The notes under the pieces were generated by a model. The model did no database searches. It was not told the origin of the DNA and saw only the letters and a program-made list of their open reading frames with translations. 62,554 nucleotides of DNA from Octopus sinensis (lineage: Eukaryota): NCBI RefSeq assembly GCF_006345805.1, contig NW_021834360.1, forward strand, positions 1-62,554, read 5' to 3'. A program made the translations under genes and the position numbers. Position 1 is the stretch's first letter. Each line of letters starts with the position of its first letter. Positions 50,300 to 62,554 of this stretch are shown here, piece after piece.

Positions 50300-51722
50300 G
50301 CACACACACGCACACACACACACACACACACGCACGCTCACACATGCACAACCATGCATACATACAGAATCACACTATTTATGTAAGTATATATATATTT
50401 GTGTACGTATACATATATACCTATATATATGTATAAGTATGCATATATTCATATACATACATACATCCATACACACACACACACGCATGTTAATGGGCAA
50501 TATATGGATTTATATAATCCGGTGGTAATCACACAAAAAACTGCTGTAGTGGAACGAACTACAAACCACATAATAAACCAATGCCTATGAGGGTATTGTA
50601 GAATCCTATGCATTTGGAATTCAGTTAATCCAATCAGTGAAGATCATTTCAGGAGAAATATATATAGAATACAAGCAGAGATACCCGGCGTTGCCCGTGT
50701 TACATGCTACTGAAGAATTAGACTTTTCATATTTTTATATGATTCAAATTTCATCAAAATTGGAGATTAAGAATTTTAATTAGAGTTCTTTCCTTCTTTA
50801 CGCACATTAACAAACATTATAATTATGACTATTTATCCGATACTACTCATCTTTATGCCCAAATCCCAAAATCCAAACCTTATAAAAGCTATTCAAAGGT
50901 TTTTGCTCCTGAAAAAAAAAAGGGTACATGGAGCTCTAAAATGTGGGAGTTAAGGCCCCTATTAGGGGGTTATAAAGTCAAGTAGAGAAGTTGACTTGTT
51001 GGGAATCTTTTTTAACTTGTGTCTTATATCTATTGTTTAAATTTCTTTGAACTCGGAAATATATGAATGTTCACTGCGTTTGTAAAAGAGAGCAAAGCTA
51101 CAGGAAACCAAGAGACGAATGATCACAATAATCAGTCAGCTAGAAATTAGAAGGGCGTGACCCAACTGAAATAAACATTAACAACTGTGTGACGTATGGG
51201 CTAAGGGGAAATGAAAGTGTCACCTCTGGGGTTTGCCAATAATCGCTATACCGATAGCTAACTGAACAGAATAAATTTGCAATCTATAAATCTATTTGAA
51301 TGGCCAGTCACTTATCTGGAAAGGCCTTGAAATCAATGTTATCATCTGGGGACGATCTCAAAGAAGGTCTGCAACCAAATCACTTTACGCAAAATAACAC
51401 TTTGCAACTGAACCAGTGTAGGCTAACATGCCTCTCCTTAGTTGACAATTTATGCACCACTTTTCAGAAATCACAATCTAAGTATGTCTCAAAGCAAACT
51501 CTTACACTGTTGTACCATTGAATAACAAATAACGCTCATCTTGTATGGTCGGGTGACTCTACAGCTTCCATGACTACTACTGTATTCGTCTTGGCCTGGG
51601 AAAACTGACTAAATTGTGGGGGTTAGTCCCCTAGTAAGGGGTTTTACTAACTGCTATGAAGTTAAAATTTTAGGAATATTACTTCATTTATGTCTAATAT
51701 CTATGGTAAAAATTACATGTAT

Positions 51723-51773
<51 letters not shown>

Positions 51774-51910
51774 TATATTATATTATATATATATATATAT
51801 ATGCACATATACATACATGTATGTGTGTGTGCATATAAATATCATTTTATCACTATGATAGATAGCTAGCCAATACACATTATTTTCTCTCCTTGTTTCT
51901 TTCTGTGTTG

Positions 51911-51946
51911 CTTTCTGTCGCAGAGCATAGGCTCGAAACGTTAAAG
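51911..51946 (+). ncRNA. Minimal hammerhead-like motif with non-canonical core
   Basis: cttt-CTGTCGCA-gagc-atag-gctc-GAAA-c-GTT-aaag. Confidence 0.45.
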
Positions 51947-52044
51947 ACCTTTTCACTTCTCCAGCGTTAAACTAATACATATGTCTGTTGACTACAACAC
52001 TTGTTTTCGCCTTTTGTTTTTTGCGAATTCTCTCCCTATATATG

Positions 52045-52122
<78 letters not shown>

Positions 52123-52481
52123 TATTACAAATTTGGGATTTTACCAACAGGATCACAACTTCAATTCCAGGACAACCTTATTTTCTGGAGTACACAGAAA
52201 GTTATATCCCAAATACTAATCTAATAATATAATCATTTTAAAACCTACTATATCGTACGATAAAATAAATGACATCAGAATTAATGAAAAATTATTTCAA
52301 AAAATATATATATATGTATATATATACCTTACCCGTTATTAGTCTGTGGGGACAGAAGATAATATTAAACAACGCTACACGTGTTTCTGCGCTGGTGGTT
52401 TGTTGGATCCTACTTAACCATACAAATTCAAAGATTTTTTCATTAAAGATGTTTTCATTAAAGACAAGAATATATATATAT

Positions 52482-52523
<42 letters not shown>

Positions 52524-53211
52524 ACTTCCTAATATAATTTTACAAAACTTAAAGATTTTAAATATTAAATAAATTAAAAATTCATAAGAATTTAATAAAA
52601 TTAAACACCTAAAAATATAATAACGATATATATATATATAGAAATGACTAAACATAAAGAAACCTTCATTGACTATTTTATAACCTCGTCAAATTAAACC
52701 ACCCATCTATATAAACTTTGATAATTTTTTGTGAAATTTACCCCTATCAATACTAGTATATATTACCATTATTACAGTAAAAAACAGGAAAAAACAGGGA
52801 AAAACCTCTATATATGTTATAAATGTATTGAATAAATCTAGTAAATGAAAATATCTACCGCAATTAATAAAGGAAGAATATTTATCTGCATGTTTACTTC
52901 TTCTTTAACCTGTGCAAATAGTTGAACCTTCTGTTCTGTGCTAAGTATTATGAGAATAAAAACACTACTCTAAAAACAAAAAATTCTTTAAGTCTAATAT
53001 CATTTGAAAGGTTAAATTCAAGGGGAGATAATTATAAGATACTCTTTAGGTATATTTGGATTTTTCTCGTGTTAAAGATTTAGAGATTTATTTTATTTAA
53101 TATGTGGCCAGTATAATCCTTTTTAAAGTAATATTCTTTACATTTATTCTTGCTTTTTGGTATATCCGTATCTAATACTATTATATTGTTCTATTAAAAC
53201 TACTTTTAACC

Positions 53212-53260
<49 letters not shown>

Positions 53261-53284
53261 TGTATGTATGTATGTATGTATATA

Positions 53285-55221
<1,937 letters not shown>

Positions 55222-55222
55222 T

Positions 55223-55265
<43 letters not shown>

Positions 55266-55419
55266 CATACATACATACATACATACATACATACTACATA
55301 CATACATACATACATACATACATACATACATACAGAAAGGTAGATTGATAGATGCAATTGATTGTGCAAATGAAAATATGAGACACTGCTTTGAAGAATT
55401 TTTTGTCGAACGGATCGAC

Positions 55420-55735
55420 CTCAGGGCTATTATATATTTTGATAAGCCTAGTAATTATTCTATCAGTCACTTCTTGTCAAACCAGTAAGCTACGGAGATG
55501 TAAATATACCAAAATCAGTTGTCAAGCAGTGATGAAGAAGAAACACAGACACAAAGACACACATACACTTAGATATATGCATATATATATACGATGGATT
55601 TCTTTCAGTTTCTGTTTACCAAATCCGCTCAGAAGACTTTGTTTGATCTGAGGCCTTAGCAGAAGACACATAACAAGTTACCACACAGTGGGACTGCTTT
55701 GGAACCAAGTTTCTTACCACTCAGCCACACCTGCA

Positions 55736-55740
<5 letters not shown>
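55420..55740 (-). mobile_element. tRNA-SINE, decayed
   Basis: Matches 2870-3168 with deletions. Confidence 0.75.
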
Positions 55741-55780
<40 letters not shown>

Positions 55781-55787
<7 letters not shown>

Positions 55788-55950
55788 CATGCTTTAAATA
55801 AAAGCAGCAGAAATATAACAAAAGCTGTTACTTAGAGTTTCACATTCCCGTTCGTAAAATGGAACAGAAATAACGATAAAGCATATTACTCTATCTCTGG
55901 TATTTGAGTACTCTTTTTTCCACCTTGTTTCGTATTTATGTGCGTACTCC

Positions 55951-56000
<50 letters not shown>

Positions 56001-56437
56001 ATATATATATAATATATATATATATATTATATATATATATAGATATATATATATATATATATATATAGGAATGGTTGTGTGGTAAGTAAGTTTCTTACTA
56101 ACCAGATAGTTCTGGGTTCAGTCCCATTGCATGGCACCTTGGGCAAATGTCCTCTACTATAACCTCTATATGTATGTATGTATGTATACATATACATATG
56201 TAACATGTGCACACACACATATATATATATACACATATATACATTCATATGAATATTTATACATATACACATATTAATACCTTAATATATATAAGGTGGA
56301 AAAAAGAGTACTCAAATACCAGAGATAGAGTAATATGCTTTATCTTATTTCTGTTCCATTTTACGAACGGGAACGTGAAACTCTAAGTAACAGCTTTTGT
56401 TATATTTCTGCTGCTTTTATTTAAAGCATGTTCATAT
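55781..56437. repeat. ~145-bp inverted repeat of PLE-end-derived sequence (55781-55926 / 56293-56437)
   Basis: Arms are near-exact reverse complements; related to 59440-59565. Confidence 0.88.
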
Positions 56438-56760
56438 ATAAAATTATATAGAACAAAATTAGATATACGATAAAACATTTACTTATAATTAAGTAAAGTA
56501 CAAAATAATAAATAAATAGTATATATATATATATAGGAATGGTTGTGTGGTAAGTAAGTTTCTTACTAACCAGATAGTTCTGGTTCAGTCCCATTGCATG
56601 GCACCTTGGTCAGATGTCCTCTACTATAACCTCTGGCCGCCCAAAAGAGACCGATAGAATAAGTACAGCGTTTACAAAGAATAAGCCTTGGGGTCGATTA
56701 AATTGGTTGTCCAATATGACCGCAGACAAATAAATGAAACAAGTTAATAAATAAAGGAAT
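56066..56760 (+). mobile_element. Two SINE heads (56066-56167 and 56535-56760) sharing the same private substitutions
   Basis: aggaatggttgtgtggtaagtaagtttcttactaaccagatagttctg occurs twice. Confidence 0.85.
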
Positions 56761-56994
56761 GTATATATATATATATACATATGTATATTTGAGTAGAAAA
56801 ATGAAATATCTTTTTATGGATAATTCGTTTAACCGATACCTGGGTAGAAAATTCACATCAGAAATAACACGGTTGAAGTTACGTGCCTAGGGCAGAGACT
56901 ACGTGTTTTCGTGTGGAAATTTGTGTCTATTTTTATAAAATTTATGAATAAATGAAAGAATGGAGTTGAACGACAAATTAACAAATTTCCTTTA

Positions 56995-57077
56995 TTTTCG
57001 ACATATGTTTCGAAGGCTGCATATTCCTAATTGTGAAGGAATAAGGAGTACATTATGCCGCTTTCTCATCAGGAAAA
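56995..57077 (-). ncRNA. Type I hammerhead ribozyme (minus-strand copy)
   Basis: Reverse complement of 57170-57252. Confidence 0.88.
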
Positions 57078-57169
57078 ACAAGGAATTTATGTCAACATCA
57101 AGATTCCCAAAAACTTTTAGATGACTGCTGTCACGGAGCAGAATCTTGATGTTGACATAAATTCCTTGT

Positions 57170-57252
57170 TTTTCCTGATGAGAAAGCGGCATAGTGTACT
57201 CCTTATTCCTTCACAATTAGGAATATGCAGCCTTCGAAACATATGTCGAAAA
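57170..57252 (+). ncRNA. Type I hammerhead ribozyme, canonical core
   Basis: Helix I ttttc/gaaaa; CTGATGA 57175-81; helix II gaa...ttc with inner tattcct/aggaata hairpin; GAAA 57236-39; palindromic ACATATGT helix III; GUC 57245-47. Confidence 0.9.
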
Positions 57253-57309
57253 TAAAGGAAATTTGTTAATTTGTCGTTCAACTCCATTCTTTCATTTATT
57301 CATAAATTT

Positions 57310-57351
<42 letters not shown>

Positions 57352-57395
57352 ATATATATATACTTTATTTAAAGCAGCAGAAAATTCAACAATAT

Positions 57396-57433
57396 CTGTT
57401 ACTCTGAGTTTCTCGTTGCCGTTCATCAGACAG
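57396..57433 (-). ncRNA. Minimal type I hammerhead in the PLE 3' end
   Basis: ctgt-CTGATGA-acg-gcaa-cga-GAAA-ctc-a-ga-GTA-acag. Confidence 0.72.
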
Positions 57434-59422
57434 TTTTTGCTAGAATGGAACTGATATATCAATTCAATCCAGACTCTTACAAACGCTACACCTTTAAAAA
57501 AAATGGACTTGTTTGATTGGCTCTTTAGAAATAACGGTCAATCTTCGAGCGATAAACAAAGAAATGAGCTCAAAAATATATGTATATATATATAAAAAAA
57601 TTATAAAAATTATAAAAATTATAAAATTCGAGGAAAAAACCTTACATTGAATAAAATACATATTGACGTTAATGAAGGAAATATAATTAATGCATGGAAA
57701 TTAAAAGCATTATAAATATTACACTGCAATACATATTCATATTAAAGTGTACATATATATATCAACATACACAGAAGGATGCGTGCAAACGCCATACATA
57801 TACAGACGTATAAATATAAATCTAAAATATACACACAAATGCATGCATACATATATGTACGCAATCTGTCTCGCACGCAAGTTAAAATCATCGATGCTAA
57901 TGTAGCGTTTCTTATTTACGGAGTAAAGCTTAAGTAAGGGGGACGCAAAGTTGTATGTACCAGTATCAGTTAGAGAAAAAAAACGAAAGAAAAGAAGAGA
58001 GAGAAAAAGGAACGAAGAAGGGGGAAGGAAAAAAGAAAAAGGAGGGGTGGGGTAAAAACGAAATAAGAAAAATTAAGTATACAAGCTGTGTAACCGCGTT
58101 ATTGACATATATAGAGACAAGTATAAAAATACACAAGTTCGAATGGATACATACACATACACTCGCGTATGTGTGTGCTTAAGCACAAACATACGCTCAC
58201 TTACACAGACACAGAGACGTATGCTTACAAATACATATCCATGGCTATACACATATTTACATCAAAATTCTAAGTTTTGACAACATTGCTTTTTAAAAAA
58301 GGTGAGTGCAATAATGAAAAATATACGAAAGACATATAAAAATATAACACCCTATGTTGGATCATCTATAAATTAAAAATCAAGGTAATCCTATACAATA
58401 CAATAACATGAAATAATCAAAGCCGAAGGTTTTTCCTAATGTATATGTAGAAATATAAACAAAATAAACAAAATATATGCATGAGACTTTGCTATACGGA
58501 ATGAAATCTGCATAGCGCGTAACAAATCCATCGTCGCGTTTACATACTAGTCCAAGAGTCAAAATCAATATTTCAAAAATCAAAAATACAAAATATATAC
58601 TCTATCTATATGGTATATTATATTTGACATTTTAAATTTGGTTGCGTGCCTACATAAGTTCATTAGCTCACTTCTTTGATTCAAAGAATTATTGTCTTTG
58701 AATAAAATATACAGTTTCTCTAATAGGCAAAGCTTGCATTAAAAATTATTTCTGTGTGCTCCATGCCTGTATGGTGCCGCTCTATCCAGAATGCTCCATG
58801 TCACGTTGAAAGGTGGGGTTTCCTTTCCTTTTAGTTCCCAGACATATTTTGCTAGGCTGGTCCTCTTCCTATTCTCTGGGTATCTAAATGAATTTTTATG
58901 TGAATAAAATCGTGTTTTAAATGAATTTTCTGAAGCCCCTGTATATGTCTTGTATTCCGATGAGCCTTCTATTTGCACCTTGGCTCTATAAACTACTCCT
59001 TTAACTAGACATTTCCCTTCTAACGGACACGAGTTTTCGTTTTTGAAATTGCATTTCTTAATGGGCTCGGCACCATGTCTAATCTCAATCAGATTCCTAG
59101 TATGCTGGCTAATGTAAGAGGCGAAATTTCTGCAACAAGAATAGCTAACCTTCAGGGTTCTTCTATTAAATATCCTATAGAATTTATGGCCCTGCTTAAA
59201 ATGCTTAGAGACTAATCTCAAAAATGCCTTACCTATATTAGTCTTTACGGCCAAATTGAAAGCCCATTCGTTTTTTTCTCTAACTGATACTGGTACATAC
59301 AACTTTACGTCCCCCTTACTTAAGCTTTACTCCGTAAATAAGAAACGCCACATTAGCATCGATGATTTTAACTTGCGTGCGAGATAGATTGCGTACATAT
59401 ATCGGTTCCATTTTAGCAAAAA

Positions 59423-59460
59423 TTGTCTGATGGACGGCAACGAGAAACTCAGAGTAACAG
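59423..59460 (+). ncRNA. Inverted copy of the minimal hammerhead (CTGATGG variant)
   Basis: ttgt-CTGATGG-acggcaacga-GAAA-ctcaga-GTA-acag. Confidence 0.58.
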
Positions 59461-59562
59461 ATATTGTTAAATTTTCTGCTGCTTTAAATAAAGCATATTT
59501 CTCTACCACTGGTATTTGAGTACTATTTTTTCCACCTTGTTTCACATTTATGTGTTTACTCC

Positions 59563-59595
<33 letters not shown>

Positions 59596-59711
59596 GTTAC
59601 CTATTATGCGTATATATATCAAGTTTATATTTCTGTGCGTGCGCATGTGTTCATGCATGTATGTATATATGTATGTATGTATGTATGTATATATGTATAT
59701 ATGTATGTATG

Positions 59712-59750
<39 letters not shown>

Positions 59751-60299
59751 CTATAAAACAATACTGGGAGGATAGAGACGGAACGAAGTGAAAATTCGAA
59801 AAGTCGAAAATTCGAACGAACCCGACGCGAGCGCTGTCAGACAATAGTGTAATAAATAAAATATATGCATACATACAAACATATATGTACGTACCGACAT
59901 CTACATGTATATATACATGCATATATAAATATATATACGTACAGGACACCACAAAAAGACGTAAAACTCAACAGAAACGATAACGGAAAAGCCGTTTTGT
60001 TACAACAGACGGACGAGAACGAAAACAGGAAAAACATTAAGTACAACAGAAAAACGAGGTACAGGAGATGCTACACAAGGAAAAATCCCCTTCATCAGCT
60101 GTCACTAGCAGACATAGCGTGTTTCGAAGGCAAGACAGGACACGTCTGGTCATGCTAGGCCTTCCTACGAGAGAATTAAAATAAAATAATCTCGCAGAGG
60201 GGTAAAACAAGCAAGAAAAAATGTAACACAAAAAGGGACGTAACAAAGAACTGCACAATAAAATACAAGAACAAAATACCAGTATTCAACCCAAGAATA

Positions 60300-62554
60300 A
60301 CAATGGAGCGGTACGTACTTTAAACTTACAACAAAAAATGTACGGAAAGCTACACGTGCGAAATAATGTGACAACAGAAATTAACGGACCGATACCCTAC
60401 GAAAATGACGACCGTCAAAATAATGGGCCGGGCGTTGTTCCTCATGTCCCGCAAATAAAACCCAAAAGACATAAATGGACACGTGAGGAATACATTTCTA
60501 TCTTACACGCATACTTCACAGCAGTGCTCTACCAAAAAAATGAAAAGACAACAACACATACATATAAAATATGGAAGGAAAATAACATAAATATAGACTT
60601 GGATATAGCAATGAACCCTAATAAATTAGCTAACGTACGAAGATACATTCTCAAAGCAAAAGAAATATCAGAAATAGAAATAGAACATCTAAAAGAAACA
60701 ATACACAAGGAAAATGTAGATAGAAGCCACACAACAATACCCAATAATATAAACACTGAAATATTAAAACACGAAGACAAACGAAACATTCCCAACAAAC
60801 ACGATGTAAACAACGAAGGGGAGCCTAATGATTATGATAATATAAAAAGTAAAATAATCAAAGAACTGAAAACCACAGAGCTCAAAATGGCCCACCGACC
60901 ATACCTCCCAAGAATCAAAATAGACGAAACAAAACACCAATTATAAACAGCATAAAACTAACCGTCACTGAACTAATAGCCACTGAAACAAAAAGCGACA
61001 TCACTGAGCTAAATGACTTAGTATACGCAGCAGCCACTGCAGCCACAGAAGAAGCTGGATACTCACTCAAACCCATCCAAACAGGAGTACCAACACCCAA
61101 ACAAACCCTGTGGATAAATAACATCCAAAACAAAATACAAAAAATGAGAAAAGATCTGTCGATTCTTAATGAAATCAGCAGACAATCAACGCTACTGAGC
61201 AACAAAAAGAAAACAAAAATACTCCGCAAATATAACATCACAGAAAAAGATTTACCTGAGATAAAAGAAAAGCTGAAGCAAGATATCCTTGCCAAAGCAC
61301 AAAGAATCCGCCGGTACGAGAACCGCCAGCGCTTCTTTGAACAAAACAAAAAGTTCAACTCCAGCCCCAAAAAGTTCTACCAAGAACTTGGCAAAAATAA
61401 AATAGAAATCACTGCAGCACCAACGGCAGAAGAAGTGGAAGAATTCTGGAGAGAAATATGGTCGGCGAACGAACAACCAAAAGAAAGGAGTATCAAAATA
61501 ACAAACTCGGCATCTGAACAACTTTGGATCACCATAACAACTGAAGAGGTCACCCAGGCACTGCAAAGACTAAGCAACTGGAAGGCACCTGGGCATGACA
61601 AGATCCCCAACTTCTGGTTGAAATATCTAACAGGAATGCACAAAAAGCTGGCTGAAAACTTTAACAACATGCTAGCAGAGCCAGAGACAAGGCCTGAATG
61701 GCTCACGAAGGGGAAAACCATCTTAATTCCCAAATCAAATGAGACAGCAAAACCAGAAAACTACATACCAATAACCTGTCTCCTTACAATGTTCAAGGCA
61801 TTTACTGCAGTGATATCGCAAAGGTTGAACAAGCACCTGGACGAAAACAAACTGTTCCCAGAAGAGCAGAAAGGATGCCGCAAAAGCTCATATGGCTGTA
61901 AAGATCAACTAATGATTAATAAAGCCATAACTGAAGACAGCCACAGAAAGAAGAAAGGCCTCAGTATGGCCTGGATCGACTACAAAAAGGCGTTTGATAG
62001 CATCCCCCACACATGGATCCTCGAAACACTAGCCATTAACAAAGTAGCACCAACAATCATAAAATTCATAGGGCACTCTATGAATAAATGGCAAACAGTC
62101 CTACACCTCCAAACAAAAGAGGGACTCATGAAAACCAAAGACATCCCCATTAGAAAAGGAATATTCCAAGGAGACACGCTCTCTCCACTCCTTTTCTGCT
62201 TGGCACTGTCACCCCTATATGATTTGCTAAATAGAACTGGATGTGGATATAAATGTTACGGCAAAACGATCAGCCACCTTTTATATATGGATGACCTAAA
62301 ACTATACGCTGCAAATGACAACAGCTGGAAACACTATTAAAGACAGTTCATGGATTTACCAAAGAAATAGATATGAAATTTGGATTAGAAAAATGCGCCA
62401 AAGTAACCCTGAAAAGTGGAAAACTAGTGAAGAGTAGCAGCATCACACTAGATAAAACCAATGAAATAAAAGAATTAGACCAAAGCCAAACTTACAAATA
62501 CTTAGGAATCCATGAACTAGATAAGACACAACACACACAAATGAAAGAGAAAAT
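60300..62554 (+). mobile_element. R4/Dong-like family A, copy with the longest 5' region, running off the window end
   Basis: ORFs 60338-60946 (KRHKWTREEYISILHAYF) and 61144-62340 (RT to YMDD); reverse complement of 34510-36637. Confidence 0.95.

Larger units (their letters stand above)
56932..57315. repeat. 175-bp near-perfect inverted repeat with 34-nt spacer; each arm is a hammerhead
   Basis: 56932-57106 versus 57141-57315; one mismatch seen. Confidence 0.95.
57361..59565 (-). mobile_element. Penelope-like element (second family), 5'-truncated, with inverted partial pLTR at its 5' end
   Basis: KTNIGKAFL...CPLEGKCLVKGVVY...YTGASENSFKTRFYSH, continuing after a frameshift as CKLCLLEK...NQRSELMNLCRH. 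59268-59495 is the reverse complement of 57852-57985 joined to 57363-57457. Confidence 0.88.

Noticed and set aside
52360-52420. Minus-strand GAAACACGTGTA hammerhead half
   Set aside because: No CUGANGA core or helix II upstream.
57457-57852. Possible spliced intron explaining the deletion in the inverted pLTR
   Set aside because: The junction fits ATATAT microhomology, not a GT-AG splice product.

Overview
AT-rich, microsatellite-dense animal genomic DNA. The SINE families and the repeat landscape suggest an octopus (inference). Most of the window is transposon-derived: four copies of one R4/Dong-like (restriction-like-endonuclease) non-LTR family, three of them abutting (TAA)n tracts; relics of related families; a near-full-length CR1/L2-group LINE; several Penelope-like elements (PLEs); a Gypsy pol relic split by a MITE; mariner, pogo and Tc1-type relics; Helitron/Helentron-type elements; and tRNA-derived SINEs. 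The only host gene content I can support is a tandemly duplicated secreted PAN/apple + C-type lectin locus. Copy A (19247-22943) is a pseudogene. Copy B (31034-50214) has open first and last exons, but I cannot find its middle exon. The strongest signal outside the ORF track is a dense set of type I hammerhead ribozymes read by eye: well-formed at 11043, 22050, 56995(-) and 57170; canonical core with a minimal helix II at 57396(-); damaged at 7911, 12234, 51911 and 59423. They come from several unrelated sequence families and sit in PLE ends or in short ORF-less elements bounded by (TA)n. One lies in a 380-nt unit with terminal direct repeats (retrozyme-like) and one pair forms a 175-bp inverted repeat. 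All calls are by eye; no alignment, folding or database search was run, and repeat boundaries are approximate.
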